This document shows positions 9,345 through 23,656 of a DNA stretch of 64,000 bases, in pieces. The stretch's first letter is position 1. Each line of letters starts with the position of its first letter. Location of the stretch: positions 537,476-601,475 of the forward strand of contig JAQUPL010000001.1 in the NCBI GenBank assembly GCA_028716565.1. The letters are read 5' to 3'. Below the pieces are notes generated by a model. That model did no database searches and was not told where the DNA came from. It saw only the letters and a list, made by a program, of their open reading frames with translations. Made by a program: the position numbers and the translations under genes. The DNA is from Candidatus Omnitrophota bacterium. GTDB lineage: Bacteria > Omnitrophota > Gorgyraeia > Pluralincolimonadales > Pluralincolimonadaceae.

Positions 9345-10040
9345 ATGTTAAAGACGATTTTGTCATCGACAGGTGATTTCTGTTTGATATTCTTGAACCT
9401 GCTTTACCCGCAGGACTGCCTCGTCTGCAGCGGCAGGGCGCGCGAGTTAAAACCCACTCCGCTCTGTGAGCCGTGCAGCGACAGGATAATGGCCTACGTC
9501 GGGTCGCCCCACTGGGCTACGGCCGAAAGGGAGTTGGCTTTTGACGCGGCCTACCACGTCGCCTCTTACGAGGATATCGTCAAGAGATGCATCTGCCTCT
9601 TCAAATACGAAGGCAAGACCCGCCTTTCGAAAGTCCTCGGCTCGGTCATGGTCGAATACGCCGCCAGGAACCTGAATTTCGGCTCCGTAGATATGATAGT
9701 GCCTGTGCCTCTCCATCCCGTCAAATTACGCGAGAGGCAGTTCAACCAGTCAGAGCTGATAGCCGAGCACCTCGCGAAAAAATTCAACAAGAAGATCGAG
9801 AAGGACTGGTTGAAGAGGATCAGGTATACCGCCCCTCAGGCCGGCCTTTCCAGGGAACAGCGCCTCAGGAACATCAAGGGCGCCTTCCTCGTAAAAAGGG
9901 ACGCGGGCTTCGCCGGCAAATCCATCCTCCTCGTCGATGACGTCATGACGACCGGGGCCACCCTCCATGAATGCGCCAAGACCATAAAATCCGCCGGCGC
10001 CAAAAAGGTGCTTGCCTATACCCTGGCGTGCGGGAACTAA
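9345..10040 (+). CDS. comF: ComF-family protein (phosphoribosyltransferase-like, competence/DNA uptake)
   Basis: N-terminal Cys pairs (CLVCSG...CEPCS) and C-terminal PRTase fold ILLVDDVMTTGATLHECAKTIKSAGAKKV. Confidence 0.75.
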   Translation: MLKTILSSTGDFCLIFLNLLYPQDCLVCSGRARELKPTPLCEPCSDRIMAYVGSPHWATAERELAFDAAYHVASYEDIVKRCICLFKYEGKTRLSKVLGSVMVEYAARNLNFGSVDMIVPVPLHPVKLRERQFNQSELIAEHLAKKFNKKIEKDWLKRIRYTAPQAGLSREQRLRNIKGAFLVKRDAGFAGKSILLVDDVMTTGATLHECAKTIKSAGAKKVLAYTLACGN

Positions 10041-11128
10041 ATGAAGATAATAAGAAGATACATACTAAAAGAGATCATCGGCCCTTTCCTGGCGGCTTTC
10101 ATAGTATTAAGCTTCTTCTTCGTGGTCTTCAACATAATAAAATTGGCCGACATGATCATAAACAAGGGCGTAAACATTTTTTCGGTCATGCAGCTTTTGC
10201 TCTATATGCTGCCGTCGGTCTCCACCTGGACTACGCCTATCTCGATCCTGGTGGCTACCCTCCTCGCCTTCGGAAGGCTCTCGGCCGATAACGAGATAAC
10301 CGCGATGCGGGCTAGCGGCATAAGCCTCTACCGCCTGGTACTCCCCCTTGTGATACTCGGCCTGGTGATAAGCCTCATTTCTTACGAATTCAACGATTGG
10401 GTCATCCCGTCCCTGCGTTACAAGATGAGGAAGCTGACAGCCCAGATAGGCACAAAGAACCCGGCCGCTTACCTGGACGCCGGCACTTTTATCAAGGACT
10501 TTAAGGGCTATATCGTCTTCATTTACGGGATCGACAAGAATAAGCTCAGCAATATCAGGATATACCAGCCGCAGGAAGGCAAACCGACGAGGACTATAAT
10601 CGCCCAGAAAGGCGAGATAGACTATATAGAATCGAAGGATGCTATCCGGCTGAAACTGATAAACGGGACGGTCGACGAGCCGAACCCCCAGGACCCGAAC
10701 AACTTTTATAAGCTCAATTTTAAGACATATTATATGACCCTCGACCTCAACCGGGCCCGGAACCTGAACGTGGCGAAGAAAAAGGTCGATATGTCGATAG
10801 ACGAGCTGAACCAGGAGATAAAAAAACTCGGCGCCGATTCCGTGGATACCACGCCCCTGCGCATCGAGATCCAAAAAAAAATATGCTACTCCTTCGCGTC
10901 GCTTATCTTTATCCTGATAGGCGTGCCTCTCGGGCTTATGGCCCGGCGCGGCGAGAAACTGATAGGTTTCGCCTTGAGCCTCGGGGTCATCCTGGTCTAC
11001 TATACCCTGCTCATCTTCGGGGAGGTCCTGGCTAAAAAGGGCGCGGTACCCCCCGGCCTGGGCATTTGGCTGCCGAATATCATATTCGGGGCTATCGGCC
11101 CGGCGCTCATCTTCTGGATGGCCGAGCA

Positions 11129-11132
<4 letters not shown>
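10041..11132 (+). CDS. LPS export permease LptF/LptG family (YjgP/YjgQ)
   Basis: MKIIRRYILKEIIGPFLAAF N-terminus, 6-TM architecture with a large periplasmic insert, 363 aa. Confidence 0.8.
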
Positions 11133-13164
<2,032 letters not shown>

Positions 13165-13170
13165 TTATTT

Positions 13171-15578
<2,408 letters not shown>

Positions 15579-15597
15579 TCTTTTTCCTCTTTCTCCT

Positions 15598-16338
15598 TTA
15601 TTTTTCCTGGAAACTTAAATTAGCCTTGCGGTACGATTCCAGGTCGCCTATATCGTACCATACCCCTTTGAAAACGTAACACCTGACTTCCTCTTTTTTG
15701 CTCAACCACTGTATGAAATGGCCGGGCGCGTCTTTCTCATTGCCTACTTTAAGGAATTCCTCTATAAGGCCCAATTTTCCCGCCGGGAAATAATAGATGC
15801 CCGTACCTATCAAAGACGTCGGCGGGGCCTGGGGCTTCTCCAGGAAATTGACCAAGTCCCCTTTTTCATCGACCTCTATGACACCGTAGATGTTCGCCTT
15901 TTCCCTGTCCCCTATATCGTATGCGCCGATAGCGAAATTTCCGGAGGCCTTCTTCGCGTAATCCGCGAAACCCTTCAATTCCCAGTCGAACATGTTATCG
16001 CCGGCGAGGACGATCATGTCGTCTTGTATCTTCTGCCTCTTTATCGCGAGCCTGATATCCCCTATCGCGCCGAGCCTGTCGTCGTTCGTCGTGCTGCCAT
16101 CGTTCTCGAGGATCATCTCTTTACCGGATTTGACCGTCTTCAGCCAATCGCCGAACGCCCCGTGGAACTTCTGGTTCGTCACTATATATATCGCGTCTAT
16201 CTCTTGTATCCCGTCGAGTTTCCGGACCAGGTGGTCCGCTATCGTCATCCTGCCCACGTTCAAAAGCGGTTTCGGCCTGTCTTTTGTCAGCGGGTACAGC
16301 CGTGTGGCATATCCGGCGGCGAGGATAACGGCCTTCAT
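15598..16338 (-). CDS. sugar-phosphate nucleotidyltransferase (NDP-sugar pyrophosphorylase family)
   Basis: [27 protein letters not shown]-terminal signature. 246 aa. Confidence 0.7.
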   Translation of the reverse strand: MKAVILAAGYATRLYPLTKDRPKPLLNVGRMTIADHLVRKLDGIQEIDAIYIVTNQKFHGAFGDWLKTVKSGKEMILENDGSTTNDDRLGAIGDIRLAIKRQKIQDDMIVLAGDNMFDWELKGFADYAKKASGNFAIGAYDIGDREKANIYGVIEVDEKGDLVNFLEKPQAPPTSLIGTGIYYFPAGKLGLIEEFLKVGNEKDAPGHFIQWLSKKEEVRCYVFKGVWYDIGDLESYRKANLSFQEK

Positions 16339-17408
16339 CTGAACTTACTCAATTCCTTTTTAAGATTAGCGATCCTCTCGACCGGCGTCGGGTCGACGCC
16401 GTTCAGGATCGCGAGGTAACAGCTCACGAAATCCCCGGTATTTATAAGGTTGAACATCCTCGAGAGGAGGTTCCTGCCTTTCGAACGCAGTTCTATGACC
16501 TTCGTTTCCTTCCCTATCATCGTCTTCGTTATCTCTATCCTCTTCGCGACGCGCGGATGCTCGCTCTCGTCCCTCAATATCACGACCGCGAGGTACTTAA
16601 GCAACTTCTCCGGGCCTTCCCACCCGACCGTCTCATTATGGTTCAGCTCCGGGAAGACGTGCGTCGAGGCGAGGGTCTTCGCGTTCTCGGCTAACTGGCC
16701 CCTCCACCTGACGACGATAGAATCGATATGTTTATTAGCGCCGTAGACAATGACGTATTTGCCGCTTAATTCCGCCGCGATCTTTTTGGCAATATTTTTT
16801 GATGAGGGCACGGCGGGGCCGATGGCTTTGTCCCGGAATTCTCGCATATCCTCGACCGCCTCCCTGACGTCCCCGGTCTTGTCGCTTATGAAACCGAATT
16901 TATAAAGCACGTCCAGCCAGCTGAAGAACGAATATCCCAGCGCCGATCTCGGAGGGTTGCCGCCCGGTATATAAATGACCGGCACCTTGTCCTCCTTCGC
17001 GAGGACCTCTAGTTTGCCGCCTGAGGTTATAGCGATTATCTTCGCGCCCTTCTGCCTCGCTTCCGCGTATGAGGAGAGGGTCTCTTCCGTGTCGCCCGAA
17101 TAGCTGCAGGCGAAAAAGAGCGTATCCCTGCCCACGAACCTGGGCAGGGTATAATCGCGGCTAACGAATATGGGGATCTTTATCTCGTCGGTAAGGTAAG
17201 AGCGCAGGAGGTCGGCCCCTATCGCCGAACCGCCCAGCCCCGAGAATACGATATTTTTGCAGCCGGCGCCGATATACGACTGCGGCACGGAAAAATCCTT
17301 CCCTATGGAAAAGGCGTTCTCGCACTGTTCCGGGAATTTCACTATCAAATCGAGCATGCCTGATTTATCTATCTTTTTCACCTGGTCCATATTATCGATA
17401 TCGTTCAA
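16335..17408 (-). CDS. bifunctional phosphoglucose/phosphomannose isomerase (SIS-domain, archaeal-type PGI/PMI)
   Basis: Two SIS-like segments (GLGGSAIGADL...; ACSYSGDTEE). 357 aa. Confidence 0.65.
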   Translation of the reverse strand: MNDIDNMDQVKKIDKSGMLDLIVKFPEQCENAFSIGKDFSVPQSYIGAGCKNIVFSGLGGSAIGADLLRSYLTDEIKIPIFVSRDYTLPRFVGRDTLFFACSYSGDTEETLSSYAEARQKGAKIIAITSGGKLEVLAKEDKVPVIYIPGGNPPRSALGYSFFSWLDVLYKFGFISDKTGDVREAVEDMREFRDKAIGPAVPSSKNIAKKIAAELSGKYVIVYGANKHIDSIVVRWRGQLAENAKTLASTHVFPELNHNETVGWEGPEKLLKYLAVVILRDESEHPRVAKRIEITKTMIGKETKVIELRSKGRNLLSRMFNLINTGDFVSCYLAILNGVDPTPVERIANLKKELSKFR

Positions 17409-17419
17409 TCTCTTCTCCT

Positions 17420-19156
17420 TTACTGGAGGCCGGGGACGATTTCCCTGAGTTTCCTGGCGGCGAATTCCTCTATTTCGGTGCCGGTCGAGAAAGCAAGGGC
17501 CTCATTCGCTATTTTCTGGGCGGCTTTATATTCTACCGACCTTATTATCTGCTTGATCCTCGGGATATTGACCGGGCTTGTTGAGAACTCATCGAGGCCG
17601 AAACCGAGCAAAAGCAGCGCGAAAGCCGGATCTCCGGCCATCTCGCCGCACATCCCTACCCATATATCCGCCTTATGACCTATATCTATGACGCTCTTTA
17701 TCAGCCTCAGGACGGCCGGATGCGCCGGCTCGTAAAGATACGCGATCTTTTCATTGACCCTGTCGACGGCCAGCGAATATTGTATCAGGTCGTTCGTCCC
17801 TATTGAAAAGAAATCCACTTCCTTGGCGAGTATATCCGCGGTCATCGCCGCCGAGGGCACCTCGATCATCGCGCCCACCTCGACGTTCTGGTCGAACGGG
17901 ACGTTCTCCCTCCTGAGCTCGTCTTTCATCTCGCCAAGCAGCTTGTTCGCCTCGCGCAGTTCTTCGACTCCCGAGATCATGGGATACATTATCTTGAGTT
18001 TGCCGTGCGCCGAGGCCCTCAATATCGCCCTGAGCTGCACCTTGAAGATATCCGGCCGGGCGAGGCAGAACCTTATCGCCCTCCACCCCATGAACGGGTT
18101 CATCTCTTTGGCTATTTTCAACTGGGACATGAATTTATCGCCGCCGAGGTCGAGGGTCCTTATGATCACGGAATCCGGCGACATCTGTTCCGCGACATTC
18201 TTATAGGCCGCGTATTGCTCTTCTTCGGTGGGAAGCTCGGTGTGTTCAAGATAAAAAAATTCGGTCCTGTAAAGCCCGATGCCGTTCGCGCCGTGCGACT
18301 TTACCGACGGCATCTCATCCGGTATCTCGATATTGGCTGAAAGGTGCACTTGGCGCCCGTCGCGCGTCACGCAAGGCAGGTCGCGCAGGTGCGTCAGCGA
18401 GGCGTCGAATTCGGCGATCTTGGTCTTCGCCTGTTCGTATTTCGCGAGCGTCTCCTGGTCCGGGTCGGTGATCACCAGCCCGTTCGAACCGTCTACGATT
18501 ATCGTATCGCCGCTCTTTACGCTCTTAGTGACGTTCTTGAGCCCGACGACAGCCGGTATCTCGAGCGCCTTCGCCATGATGGCGGTATGGGATGTCTTGC
18601 CGCCTATATCCGTAGCAAAAGCTATGACATTCTTCTTATGGAGGGAAGCCGTGTCCGACGGCGAAAGGTCATAAGCTATCACGATGACTTTCTCGCCTAT
18701 ATCCGCGAGCGTCTCGCGTTTCTTGCCCAACAGGTGGAGCAGGACCCTCTTTCCGATATCGCGGATGTCCGCGACGCGCTCCTTGAGGTATTCGTCCTCG
18801 ACCTTCTGGAACGCGCTTATATACCTCTTGACGACATCGTCGAATATATACTCGACGCACACGAGGTCTTTCTTTAGCCTGGCTATGACCTCCTCGATAA
18901 GCGTGCGGTCCTCGAGCACCAGGAGGTGGGCGTTGAAGATCTCGGCGTGTTTTATTCCCAGTTGTTCGGATATGCGTTCCTGGATGCCCAGTATCTCCTG
19001 CCTCGTCTGGATAAGGGCGTCCTCAAAGCGCGCGATCTCGCGGGGCAGGTCCTTCTCCGGGATCTCCCTCTTTATAACGGTATAGGCCTCGCTGTCTAAT
19101 ATAAAGACCTTGCCTATAGCGACACCGGGCGAAGCCGGTATGCCTTTAAGCAGCAT
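17420..19156 (-). CDS. ptsI: phosphoenolpyruvate-protein phosphotransferase (PTS enzyme I)
   Basis: N-terminal LKGIPASPGVAIGKVFIL, phospho-His region GGKTSHTAIMAKALEIPAVVG, C-terminal PEP-utilising domain. 578 aa. Confidence 0.9.
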   Translation of the reverse strand: MLLKGIPASPGVAIGKVFILDSEAYTVIKREIPEKDLPREIARFEDALIQTRQEILGIQERISEQLGIKHAEIFNAHLLVLEDRTLIEEVIARLKKDLVCVEYIFDDVVKRYISAFQKVEDEYLKERVADIRDIGKRVLLHLLGKKRETLADIGEKVIVIAYDLSPSDTASLHKKNVIAFATDIGGKTSHTAIMAKALEIPAVVGLKNVTKSVKSGDTIIVDGSNGLVITDPDQETLAKYEQAKTKIAEFDASLTHLRDLPCVTRDGRQVHLSANIEIPDEMPSVKSHGANGIGLYRTEFFYLEHTELPTEEEQYAAYKNVAEQMSPDSVIIRTLDLGGDKFMSQLKIAKEMNPFMGWRAIRFCLARPDIFKVQLRAILRASAHGKLKIMYPMISGVEELREANKLLGEMKDELRRENVPFDQNVEVGAMIEVPSAAMTADILAKEVDFFSIGTNDLIQYSLAVDRVNEKIAYLYEPAHPAVLRLIKSVIDIGHKADIWVGMCGEMAGDPAFALLLLGFGLDEFSTSPVNIPRIKQIIRSVEYKAAQKIANEALAFSTGTEIEEFAARKLREIVPGLQ

Positions 19157-19415
19157 CGATTTCTCCTGCCAGGACCTGTTCGAGTTCGAGCATGGCCTTT
19201 TCTGCGTCCTCCCCGTCGACCTTCAGGGTGACCTGGGCGCCTTTTCCGGCCGCGAGCATGAGTATGCCCATGATAGACTTGCCGTTGACTTCAAGCTTGC
19301 CCTTTTTCACGACGACTTCCGAGTCGTATTTATTCGCAATCTGCACAAATATCGCGGCAGGCCTGGCGTGAAGCCCCGATTTGTTCTTTATGGTTATCTT
19401 CTTCTCTGTTATCAT
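19146..19415 (-). CDS. ptsH: phosphocarrier protein HPr
   Basis: KNKSGLHARPAA active-site His15 context. 89 aa. Confidence 0.85.
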   Translation of the reverse strand: MITEKKITIKNKSGLHARPAAIFVQIANKYDSEVVVKKGKLEVNGKSIMGILMLAAGKGAQVTLKVDGEDAEKAMLELEQVLAGEIDAA

Positions 19416-19416
19416 C

Positions 19417-21417
19417 TCATTCCTCTATTTTGATATTTTTTGTGATCTTCACGCCCCATGCCGCCCCCGGCGCGAGCTTGAACTTCCAATGGAACAGGAC
19501 CGAAAGCTCCTGGTAAGTCCTTTCCAGCCCCTGCTCCGAATCCGATACCGTCTCTACCGGGAAATACCAGAGATCCGCGGCCTTCGAGATCTCAAAATCT
19601 ATTTTTACTCCGTACCACTGGTCGTTGACGTTTATGTTCGTCAGCCCGTGGGCCTCGCCCGCCTTGTTCAGGTGCGGGTCCTTCAGCGAATAATTGAATT
19701 CCACCCCGAACCACGGTTCGAACTCCCTCGTATCGAGGCTCGTTATCTTATATTCGATTTCCATATCCTGGCTGTCCGGCTTGACGCTTATGCGCTTGGC
19801 GACCCTTAATTTATACGCGTCGCCGGAGGCGCCGTAATAATTGCCGTCGCGTGTAAGTTCGACCGCGATACCCTTCGGCCTCGCCTCTTTCTTTATGCCA
19901 TATTTATATTCGCCGCCCAGGAAATCCCCGGCTTCGCCGTATTTGCACTCCGAGAAATCCTTCACGGTCGTGCCTTCCTTAAGGAAGTGGTCCAGCAGCG
20001 ACACGCGCCTGTAAGAATCGTAGCTTAAGTCGGCGACGAGCTCGGCGTCCTTCTGCCTCGAAATATCGTGTATCGAGTCTATGCCGCCGTCTTTCTTTCC
20101 CGTGTCGCGCGCCTTCGCCTTCTCCAGCGCCTTGTCGTGGTACGGTTCCCTGCGCCTTGCCAGCGTGTTCGTCATGTTCAGCGCGAGAGGCTTAAAATCC
20201 AGCTCAAAGAGCGTGCCGCCGTTGTGCGGCGAAAGATCGAGCTCCAGCTTTGAATTCGATATCAACACTTCATCATATGAATCGCAGTCGAGATCCGTCT
20301 CTACCGACTCGATCCAGTTGGTGTCACTGTGCGCGGCCTTATCGAGTTCCTTCTGCGCCTTTATCAGGTTCGAATAGACTGCCGAGCGCAGGTGGTTCAG
20401 GTAGAGCCCGCCGAAAACCCCGTGCCAGTAGGCGCAATTGCACTGGCCCTTATAAAGGTACTCCAGCGCCTTCTTCGACTTGGCTCCGGCCACCAGCCCG
20501 CTCACGAACTGCATCTTCTTCTGCATGCTGTTCGCTTCGGGATACTTCACTAAAAAATTCTTGAAATAACCGCCGCTCCACTCCATCATCTCGCGGTAAC
20601 TCGCGCACGTCAGGTATATCCTGCCGGTCGGACCGTTCTCTTTTATATATTCGGAGAAGGTCGTCGTCTTAAGCCATCCCGACTCTTTCTCAAGCGCGCC
20701 GAGGAAATTCTCGAGCCATTTCTCCTCGTAGACCCACTTGTATGTCCCGGGCCAGACGCCGAATTTCTCGCCGTCGTCGGCGAATATCTTCGAGGAGCAG
20801 CCCTTCTCTTTCTGCTGCCCCATGTAATCGATCGTTTCCTGCGGCAGCTTGAACGGCATCATATACCTTAATCTTTCCGAGCCGGGGAATATGAATAATT
20901 TCTCCCCCTCGTCCTCAGTCACATAATATCCCGAAAGGCCGTCCGGCTTCTGCCCTACATAAGTAAAATGCCAGTCATCTACTATCGCGAACTTTATGCC
21001 TGCCTTCGCCAGGGGCTTTATGAGCGTCGGCTCCCATACCCTCTCGGTCAGCCATACGCCGTTCGCCCGGTATCCGGTGAAGCCCCTTATCTTCTCGTTC
21101 ATAAGCTTTACCTGGCCGAGGATATCGCGCTCGGGTATGAGCGTCAGTATCGGCTCATAATAACCGCCCGAGAGCATCTCGACCTGACCGCGCCCTACCA
21201 TCTCTTTCAGCATCTTGATGAACTCGGGATGCTTCGCGGCTATCCAGTCGAGCAGGCAGCCGGAATAATGCAGGGCCGCCTTAAGCCGCGGGTGCCGGTA
21301 AAGCGATTCCAAAAAAGGCAAATATGACTTCTCGTATGCCTCGGCGAATACCCACTCGAAATTCCCGTCAGGCTGGTGGGAATGTATCGCCAGTAAAAGA
21401 TCGATCTTCTGCGGCAT
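19417..21417 (-). CDS. glycoside hydrolase family 57 protein (4-alpha-glucanotransferase / alpha-amylase type)
   Basis: LLLAIHSHQPDGNF...GQVEMLSGGYYEPIL are GH57 signature regions. 666 aa. Confidence 0.75.
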   Translation of the reverse strand: MPQKIDLLLAIHSHQPDGNFEWVFAEAYEKSYLPFLESLYRHPRLKAALHYSGCLLDWIAAKHPEFIKMLKEMVGRGQVEMLSGGYYEPILTLIPERDILGQVKLMNEKIRGFTGYRANGVWLTERVWEPTLIKPLAKAGIKFAIVDDWHFTYVGQKPDGLSGYYVTEDEGEKLFIFPGSERLRYMMPFKLPQETIDYMGQQKEKGCSSKIFADDGEKFGVWPGTYKWVYEEKWLENFLGALEKESGWLKTTTFSEYIKENGPTGRIYLTCASYREMMEWSGGYFKNFLVKYPEANSMQKKMQFVSGLVAGAKSKKALEYLYKGQCNCAYWHGVFGGLYLNHLRSAVYSNLIKAQKELDKAAHSDTNWIESVETDLDCDSYDEVLISNSKLELDLSPHNGGTLFELDFKPLALNMTNTLARRREPYHDKALEKAKARDTGKKDGGIDSIHDISRQKDAELVADLSYDSYRRVSLLDHFLKEGTTVKDFSECKYGEAGDFLGGEYKYGIKKEARPKGIAVELTRDGNYYGASGDAYKLRVAKRISVKPDSQDMEIEYKITSLDTREFEPWFGVEFNYSLKDPHLNKAGEAHGLTNINVNDQWYGVKIDFEISKAADLWYFPVETVSDSEQGLERTYQELSVLFHWKFKLAPGAAWGVKITKNIKIEE

Positions 21418-22682
21418 CAGAAACTTGTCCCCTTTACCTCATATACCAGCTCGAATATCCTTTTCGAGATCTTGTCGGCGTTGTGCCTGACGAAATCGTC
21501 GACGGTTATCATGTCGCCTTCGACCACGCCAAGGCCCATCTCGCGTATCTTCTTTATGTCCGCCTCGACGGGATACGCCCCTTCGATCTTGTATTTATCC
21601 AAAAAGTGCTGGGGTATCTTCGCCGTATTAACGAATACGTAATCTGCAAGACCGCTGTTGGTATGCCTCAACAGCGCCTCGACATGGTCCGAGGCCGCGA
21701 ACCCGTCGGTCTCGCCGCGTTGTGTCATCACATTGCAAAGGTAGATCTTTACGCCCTTGGATTTCAGTATGCTCTCGACCACGCCTTCCACCAGGAGATT
21801 AGGCAGTATGCTCGTATAAAGACTGCCCGGCCCGATCACGATCGCGTCGGCCTCTCTCAAGGCGATAAGCGCCTCCGGGGTCGCTTTCGCGCCGGCAGGA
21901 TTGAGATATAACCTTTTTATCCGGCTCACGGCCCCGGTGACCTTCGGGATAGTGCTTTCGCCCGAGGTCTGCGTCCCGTCTTCGCGCTTGGCGGTCAGCG
22001 TCACTTTCTCAAGGGTTGACGGCACCACGCTCCCGCGTATCGCGAGGACCTTGCTCGATTCTTTTATCGCTTTCTCGAAATCGCCGGTTATCTTTGAAAG
22101 GGCGGTAATAAAAAGGTTCCCGAAACTGTGGCCCTTCAGGCCCTCGCCCTCGGTAAAACGGTATTGGAAAAGGTCCCTCATCAGCACTTCGGCGTCCGAG
22201 AGTGCGATCAGGCAGTTGCGTATGTCCCCGGGCGGCAGGACGTCGAATTCATTCCTTATCCTCCCGGAGCTTCCCCCGTCATCGGCAACCGTGACAATCG
22301 CCGTGATATTCGACGTCATCTCTTTGAGGCCGTGCAGCAGGACAGCCAGGCCCGTGCCGCCGCCTATCACCGCTATCTTCGGCCCTTTGGAGAGGGCCCT
22401 CTGCCTGAACATGATATCCAGCAGGTCCTTCTCGCGGCGCGGCAAAAAGACGGTCACGAAAGACTTGACCATCTTGCGCATGCCGATGATCATCAATATA
22501 ACTCCGAGCACAAAGAGCAACGTCCCGAAGACGAGGAGGTTCGCCTTGTGGGTATACATATATTTCACGTAGCCGAACCACAGGAACCCGGCCGCGAACA
22601 TGACCGCGAGTATCCCGACGGAAAAGAGGAATATCCACCTCTTTATCCTCATACCAGGATATAACCACTTGAACCAGCGCAT
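21417..22682 (-). CDS. YvcK/CofD-like gluconeogenesis factor (UPF0052) with N-terminal ~90-aa transmembrane extension
   Basis: IAVIGGGTGLAVLLHGLK...VTVADDGGSSGRIRNEFDVLPPGDIRNCL core. N-terminal 2-3 predicted TM helices (WIFLFSVGILAVMFAAGFLWF...LLVFGTLLFVLGVILMIIG). Confidence 0.75.
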   Translation of the reverse strand: MRWFKWLYPGMRIKRWIFLFSVGILAVMFAAGFLWFGYVKYMYTHKANLLVFGTLLFVLGVILMIIGMRKMVKSFVTVFLPRREKDLLDIMFRQRALSKGPKIAVIGGGTGLAVLLHGLKEMTSNITAIVTVADDGGSSGRIRNEFDVLPPGDIRNCLIALSDAEVLMRDLFQYRFTEGEGLKGHSFGNLFITALSKITGDFEKAIKESSKVLAIRGSVVPSTLEKVTLTAKREDGTQTSGESTIPKVTGAVSRIKRLYLNPAGAKATPEALIALREADAIVIGPGSLYTSILPNLLVEGVVESILKSKGVKIYLCNVMTQRGETDGFAASDHVEALLRHTNSGLADYVFVNTAKIPQHFLDKYKIEGAYPVEADIKKIREMGLGVVEGDMITVDDFVRHNADKISKRIFELVYEVKGTSF

Positions 22683-22756
22683 TCTATTACCCTTTTTTTA
22701 ACGATTTATTATCTAAAAAAATTATGGCGTTTTTTACTGCCGGGCTTTTGGAACGA

Positions 22757-23221
22757 TCAATGGCGTTTCGTGTCTTCGTCTTCGATCAGCCTAAGGATGC
22801 TCTTCTCATCTTTGCATTGCCTGAGGGCATCGCGGAAGGGCCTGTCCTTCAGAAGGCGTGATATCCTGGCCAATGCTTTAAGGTGAGGGCCCGCGGAATC
22901 TTGCGGCGCTACGAGAAGGAAGAAGATATGCACCGGTTCGCCGTCGAGCGAATCGAAATTGACGCCTTTGGGCGAGAGCGCGAACGCGGCGGTCAATTCC
23001 TTCACGCCGTCGTATTTGCCATGGGGGATACCTACGCCCTGGCCTATCCCGGTCGAGCCAAGCGCCTCGCGGCTAAGGAGTATCTTCACCAGCTTCTCCT
23101 TCTCCTTAAGCGACCCGGCCTTGGCCAGCAGGTCGACCAGCTCCTTGACGGTTTCTTCCTTGTCCTTCGCCTGAAGATCGGCGGTCACAGCATCCTGGTT
23201 GAGAAAATCCATTATCTTCAT
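22757..23221 (-). CDS. ptsN: PTS EIIA (fructose/mannitol/Ntr type), PtsN-like nitrogen regulatory IIA
   Basis: GIGQGVGIPHGK phosphorylation-site motif. 154 aa. No EIIB/EIIC nearby. Confidence 0.7.
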   Translation of the reverse strand: MKIMDFLNQDAVTADLQAKDKEETVKELVDLLAKAGSLKEKEKLVKILLSREALGSTGIGQGVGIPHGKYDGVKELTAAFALSPKGVNFDSLDGEPVHIFFLLVAPQDSAGPHLKALARISRLLKDRPFRDALRQCKDEKSILRLIEDEDTKRH

Positions 23222-23250
23222 TACGGCTTCCTCCTATTGACGTTAGAAAA

Positions 23251-23326
23251 TGGAGCGGGTGAACGGGATCGAACCGTCGACAACTACCTTGGCAAGGTAG
23301 CGCTCTACCAGCTGAGCTACACCCGC
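23251..23326 (-). tRNA. tRNA-Gly (anticodon GCC), CCA encoded
   Basis: Reverse complement GCGGGTGTAGCTCAGCTGGTAGAGCGCTACCTTGCCAAGGTAG...GGTTCGATCCCGTTCACCCGCTCCA folds as a cloverleaf. Anticodon loop TTGCCAA. Confidence 0.85.
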
Positions 23327-23350
23327 GTTATCTTCAACTTCCCAATGAAC

Positions 23351-23435
23351 TGGTGCGCGGAAGAGGGTTTGAACCTCCACGGGTTTCCCCAATAGCTCCT
23401 AAGGCTATCGCGTCTGCCAGTTCCGCCATCCGCGC
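23351..23435 (-). tRNA. tRNA-Leu (anticodon TAG), long variable arm, CCA encoded
   Basis: Reverse complement GCGCGGATGGCGGAACTGGCAGACGCGATAGCCTTAGGAGCTAT...GGTTCAAACCCTCTTCCGCGCACCA. Anticodon loop CTTAGGA. Confidence 0.8.
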
Positions 23436-23454
23436 GGAGACAAAAACGGCACTA

Positions 23455-23530
23455 TGGTGAGCCGCGAAGGACTCGAACCTTCAACCAACAGATTAAGAGT
23501 CTGCTGCTCTACCGATTGAGCTAGCGGCCC
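23455..23530 (-). tRNA. tRNA-Lys (anticodon CTT), CCA encoded
   Basis: Reverse complement GGGCCGCTAGCTCAATCGGTAGAGCAGCAGACTCTTAATCTGTTG...GGTTCGAGTCCTTCGCGGCTCACCA. Anticodon loop CTCTTAA. Confidence 0.85.
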
Positions 23531-23595
23531 GAATTTAGAGAACACATTTTAACAGAATTCCCTGCGCAGGTCAACCAAAAACAGGGTGGAATTGT

Positions 23596-23649
23596 GGTGA
23601 CAGTATACTTAATTATTTGGTTAATTCGGGAATTAAGTATACTGTCACC
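23596..23649. repeat. perfect 19-bp inverted repeat (GGTGACAGTATACTTAATT / AATTAAGTATACTGTCACC) with 16-nt loop; copy A of a GGTGACAG...CTGTCACC element family
   Basis: Read directly from the sequence. Lies between tRNA-Lys and the 3' end of the 23657-24421 gene. Related copies at 26160-26244 and 30440-30507. Confidence 0.8.
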
Positions 23650-23656
23650 GAAATTA

